DNA from: Pecten maximus
Lineage: Eukaryota
DNA length: 64,000 bases
Direction: 5' to 3'
NCBI RefSeq assembly: GCF_902652985.1
Contig: NC_047017.1
Coordinates: forward strand, 1,612,001 to 1,676,000
The notes under the pieces were generated by a model. The model ran no database searches, was not told where the DNA came from, and saw only the letters and a list, made by a program, of their open reading frames with translations. The position numbers were made by a program, and so were the translations under genes. Shown here piece after piece: positions 61,029 to 64,000 of this stretch. The first letter of the stretch is position 1; each line of letters starts with the position of its first letter.

Positions 61029-61062
61029 TGGCGGCCATCTTTGTTGACAGTGTTATGGCAAC
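61029..61062 (-). promoter_or_regulatory. Putative BBOF1 promoter motifs: YY1-like site and RFX X-box half-site
   Basis: Minus AAGATGGCCGCC (61030-61041) and GTTGCCATAACAC (61050-61062), 60-95 nt upstream of the ATG; CRE TGACGTCA at 61218-61225. Confidence 0.45.
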
Positions 61063-61590
61063 AGCATATCCTCCAGAGAATATTTAGGAAATTTTAAATA
61101 GAACAACTTTTGACCACTACAACTATTCATTATTAAATAATTTGAGAGTTTTCTATTCACTAAACATATAACAAAAATACAATCATGTATTATTGTGGTA
61201 CGGATATGCTCCATATATGACGTCATTTCCGAATGAAAAGTTCAGCGAGTACCCGGCCGTCGGCTGACCGGCGAGGCCAGTTGGTTCTGCATCGGGGACT
61301 TGCAGGCGTACGCCAGATCGGCCGGTTTTGATTCACCGGCTGTGCGAGTGGCACAAAGGAGATTTCGTGCAAAATATGCCCCGTATATCTCGAATTGGTT
61401 AATTAAAAACACAACAACAAGATGAATTTAGAAATGCCTTAAATTGTGACTCATATTTACTTTTTGTCGTTTGCTTCAAATTCAGAAATATTCTTGCATG
61501 TTCAAAATTTCATTAAAACAAGCAATAGATTAAAAAAAACTAATAACAAAACAAAACACAACACGATGACAGTTGAATTTTCTTCACTTC

Positions 61591-61845
61591 TATGGCGCGG
61601 GAAGGATGTCATAATTAAATATGTTTGCCTAGGCAAAATTATTTTTGTCTAGGCCTAGGCAAAATTCTATTTCTGCCTAAGCAAAATTCGATTTTTGCCT
61701 AGGCAGAAATAATTTTGCCTAAGCATAAATCGAATATTGCCTAGGCTGAAATATTTTTGCCTAAGCAATATTCGATTTTTGCCTAGGCAATATTTTATTT
61801 TTGCTTAGGCAAAAATATTTAATTATGACATCCTTCCCGCGCCTA
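61591..61845. mobile_element. Foldback MITE with a TATGG terminus and 6-bp TSD (IS3EU-like)
   Basis: TIR tatggcgcgggaaggatgtcataattaaatat; TSD cacttc at 61585-61590 and 61846-61851; interior is tandem ttttgcctaggcaaaa palindromes. Confidence 0.7.
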
Positions 61846-62265
61846 CACTTCCCTCCCAATATTTAGACTTATAATTACATTGTATCTCTCTCCCTTCATC
61901 CCCTCTTTTTCTCTTCTTTCTTTTTCTCTTCCTCTCCCTTATCTATCTCATAGATTAAATATATAGGTGCATGTAAATTTTATGCAAATATGAAAATTGT
62001 ATTAAGGAATGAAATTTACGTTTTAAGCATTCAAGAGGTCATAACAAAATTGGCTTCTGTACATATTCCATGAATCGTGTTAGCGATTTGAGGTAAATAT
62101 GTCCGGAAAGCCACTGCTGTTATGACCTCATAAATGTTACATTATGCTTTTTTTTCTATTATATCTGTAAAAACATTTTTCACGCTTTTGTATCCGGGAG
62201 TAACGTCGGCGAGAGAACGTCCGTTTTGGCGGGAAAGTGTCGCATAGTTCTTAGCAAACGCCATT

Positions 62266-62598
62266 TATGGCGCTGGAAGGATGCCATAAATATTTTTGCC
62301 TAGGCAAAGGCAAAAATAAAATATTGCTTAGGCAAAAATCAAATATTGCTTAGGGAACAATATTTCAGAAAAGGCAATATTCGATTTTTGCCTAGGCAAA
62401 AATAATTTTGTTTCGATTATTTCCTAGGAAATCGAATTTTGCCTAGGTAAAATTATTTTTGCTTAGGCAGAAATATTTTTGCCTAGGCAAAATTATAGGC
62501 AATATTTTATTTTTGCCTAGGCAAAACTCGATTTCTGCCTTGGGCAAAAATAATTTTTTTAGGCAAAAATATTTAATCATGACATCCTTCCCGCGCTA
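62266..62598. mobile_element. Second, more diverged copy of the same foldback MITE
   Basis: tatggcgctggaaggatgccata ... atgacatccttcccgcgc; no clear TSD. Confidence 0.65.
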
Positions 62599-62974
62599 CA
62601 AAGTGTAGTTCCATTTACGACACTTATTCTGTAAGATTTTTGGAGTGATTTTTATATTTTGAACATTTAGGAGACCGTAACAACATTGGATAAGATAATT
62701 GGCTTTAATTAATATATTACAATATGAAATCAATTTTATAAATTCCATTCCAAGCCCCATACACAATAAGGTGCTTTACGTGCGTTCGGCCTTCTGAATA
62801 GGGGCACGTTCAGCTGGTATATCTTACGAATGATTATTATTTTCCTTCATATCTTAATCAGTACTTAAAATTTATTTGAGAATTGCTGTTATGTTATTTG
62901 AAGTCTAATTTGAAACAGTCGCTTAAGATCCAAAATTTAGTTGCCTCTTACTATAATTATGCCCTACTTGTGGG

Positions 62975-63561
62975 TAAAGGGACAGTCTACATGTAGTTGG
63001 ACCTGCCGCAGTATTATCAATGCTATTTTCACTTATCGAAACGCTACAATAATAGGACTTCAAAAATAGTAATAATCAAAGTTATAATAGGAGCATGCAA
63101 GTATAATGTTATTAATATATAATTTCAATGGCCATCTAATTTTGATAGATGAAGTTAATAATAGCAATTTCTGAGAAATTAATCAATCCGATGCCATTTG
63201 TATTTTGTCTTCATCACCAATTATTGGACCGAAGAACTAAAGCACATCATTGTTTGTCAATACGAGTAAAATATGAGGAAAGGGGGAAAGAAGAGAAAAA
63301 ATAATCTTATAAAAAAAACAGTAATGAACTTTCAATGGTAGACGCTTCGATCTCTTTGATTTGTCTTGTTCACACACGAAACAGTATATTTCTCACTTAA
63401 TTTTAAAATAAAATACTTCATAGAAATGCTGGTTTACGAAAGCATCATGTGACGTGAAAAGTCTTGAATGGTGTATTGAAATGATTTTCGTTCTGTACTC
63501 TCAATTCTCCTCGCAGTGATAAAATTCGTAGGAAAATGAATCGGTATGGATTTCCCTTTAA
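62975..63561. mobile_element. Possible Kolobok-type non-autonomous element
   Basis: taaagggacagtcta ... tggatttccctTTAA; another AGG-starting terminus appears to share the TTAA at 63558-63561. Confidence 0.35.
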
Positions 63562-64000
63562 AGGTACATTCCTTCGTTTGAATAAAGTTTAGGACGTCAA
63601 AATGGAACTTAATGGAAAATATGTATTTTACCAAATAATAAAAGTTATAATCTTCACATAAATGCGACAGGTTATATCGCAAAGTAAACCGAAGTTCTTC
63701 AAGTGTTTATTCCTAAAAATTCTTAATTCTCCCCGAAGTATCAATAATTTCCGCAAAAAAATAGACGGTATTTGTTATGATTTGTCATTTTTCTGTACAT
63801 TTCGGCGTTAATTTAATTACAAGTAGGCACACACACTCATATAATCCTTGTTCGGACGTAGATTTCATCAAAAGAAATCTTGCATGTTTCTGCTGCTGTC
63901 AGTCTAAAATATTTCAGTTGAATCTTTCGGTTGATTCTTAGACCTACGTCTGCGGCATAGAAAAATTAGTATAAACAAGTATAATTCTTGATATTGTTGT

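Overview
AT-rich, repeat-dense animal genomic DNA; the repeat landscape (Helentron-type HINEs with internal satellites, V- and CORE-type tRNA SINEs, a Penelope remnant) suggests a bivalve mollusc, which is an inference. By translating the minus strand by hand I reconstructed three multi-exon genes, all on the minus strand with GT-AG introns: BBOF1/CCDC176 (11 coding exons, 60968->43410, ~533 aa), DCAF5/WDR22 (9 coding exons, 34312->21715, ~793 aa) and the 5' part of VPS39 (13 coding exons, 17558->1643, continuing beyond the left edge). VPS39 exon 2 has an apparent 1-nt phase conflict. Introns and intergenic DNA hold about 15 minisatellite or satellite arrays, many HINE copies, several MITE types and SINEs. 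Most notable: (1) a 43-bp minisatellite that copies the BBOF1 exon-7 end together with its splice donor 9 times; (2) an 84-bp array that multiplies the first AATAAA downstream of DCAF5; (3) further arrays carrying decoy splice signals or starting next to donors; (4) a Penelope-associated minimal hammerhead ribozyme; (5) four sequence-divergent elements sharing a double-inverted-repeat (Crypton-like) architecture; (6) a strong gene-sense orientation bias of HINEs that flips upstream of DCAF5. No prokaryotic-type system (CRISPR, operon) is present, and most six-frame ORFs are repeat artefacts. All homology calls are from memory of the families; no searches were run.
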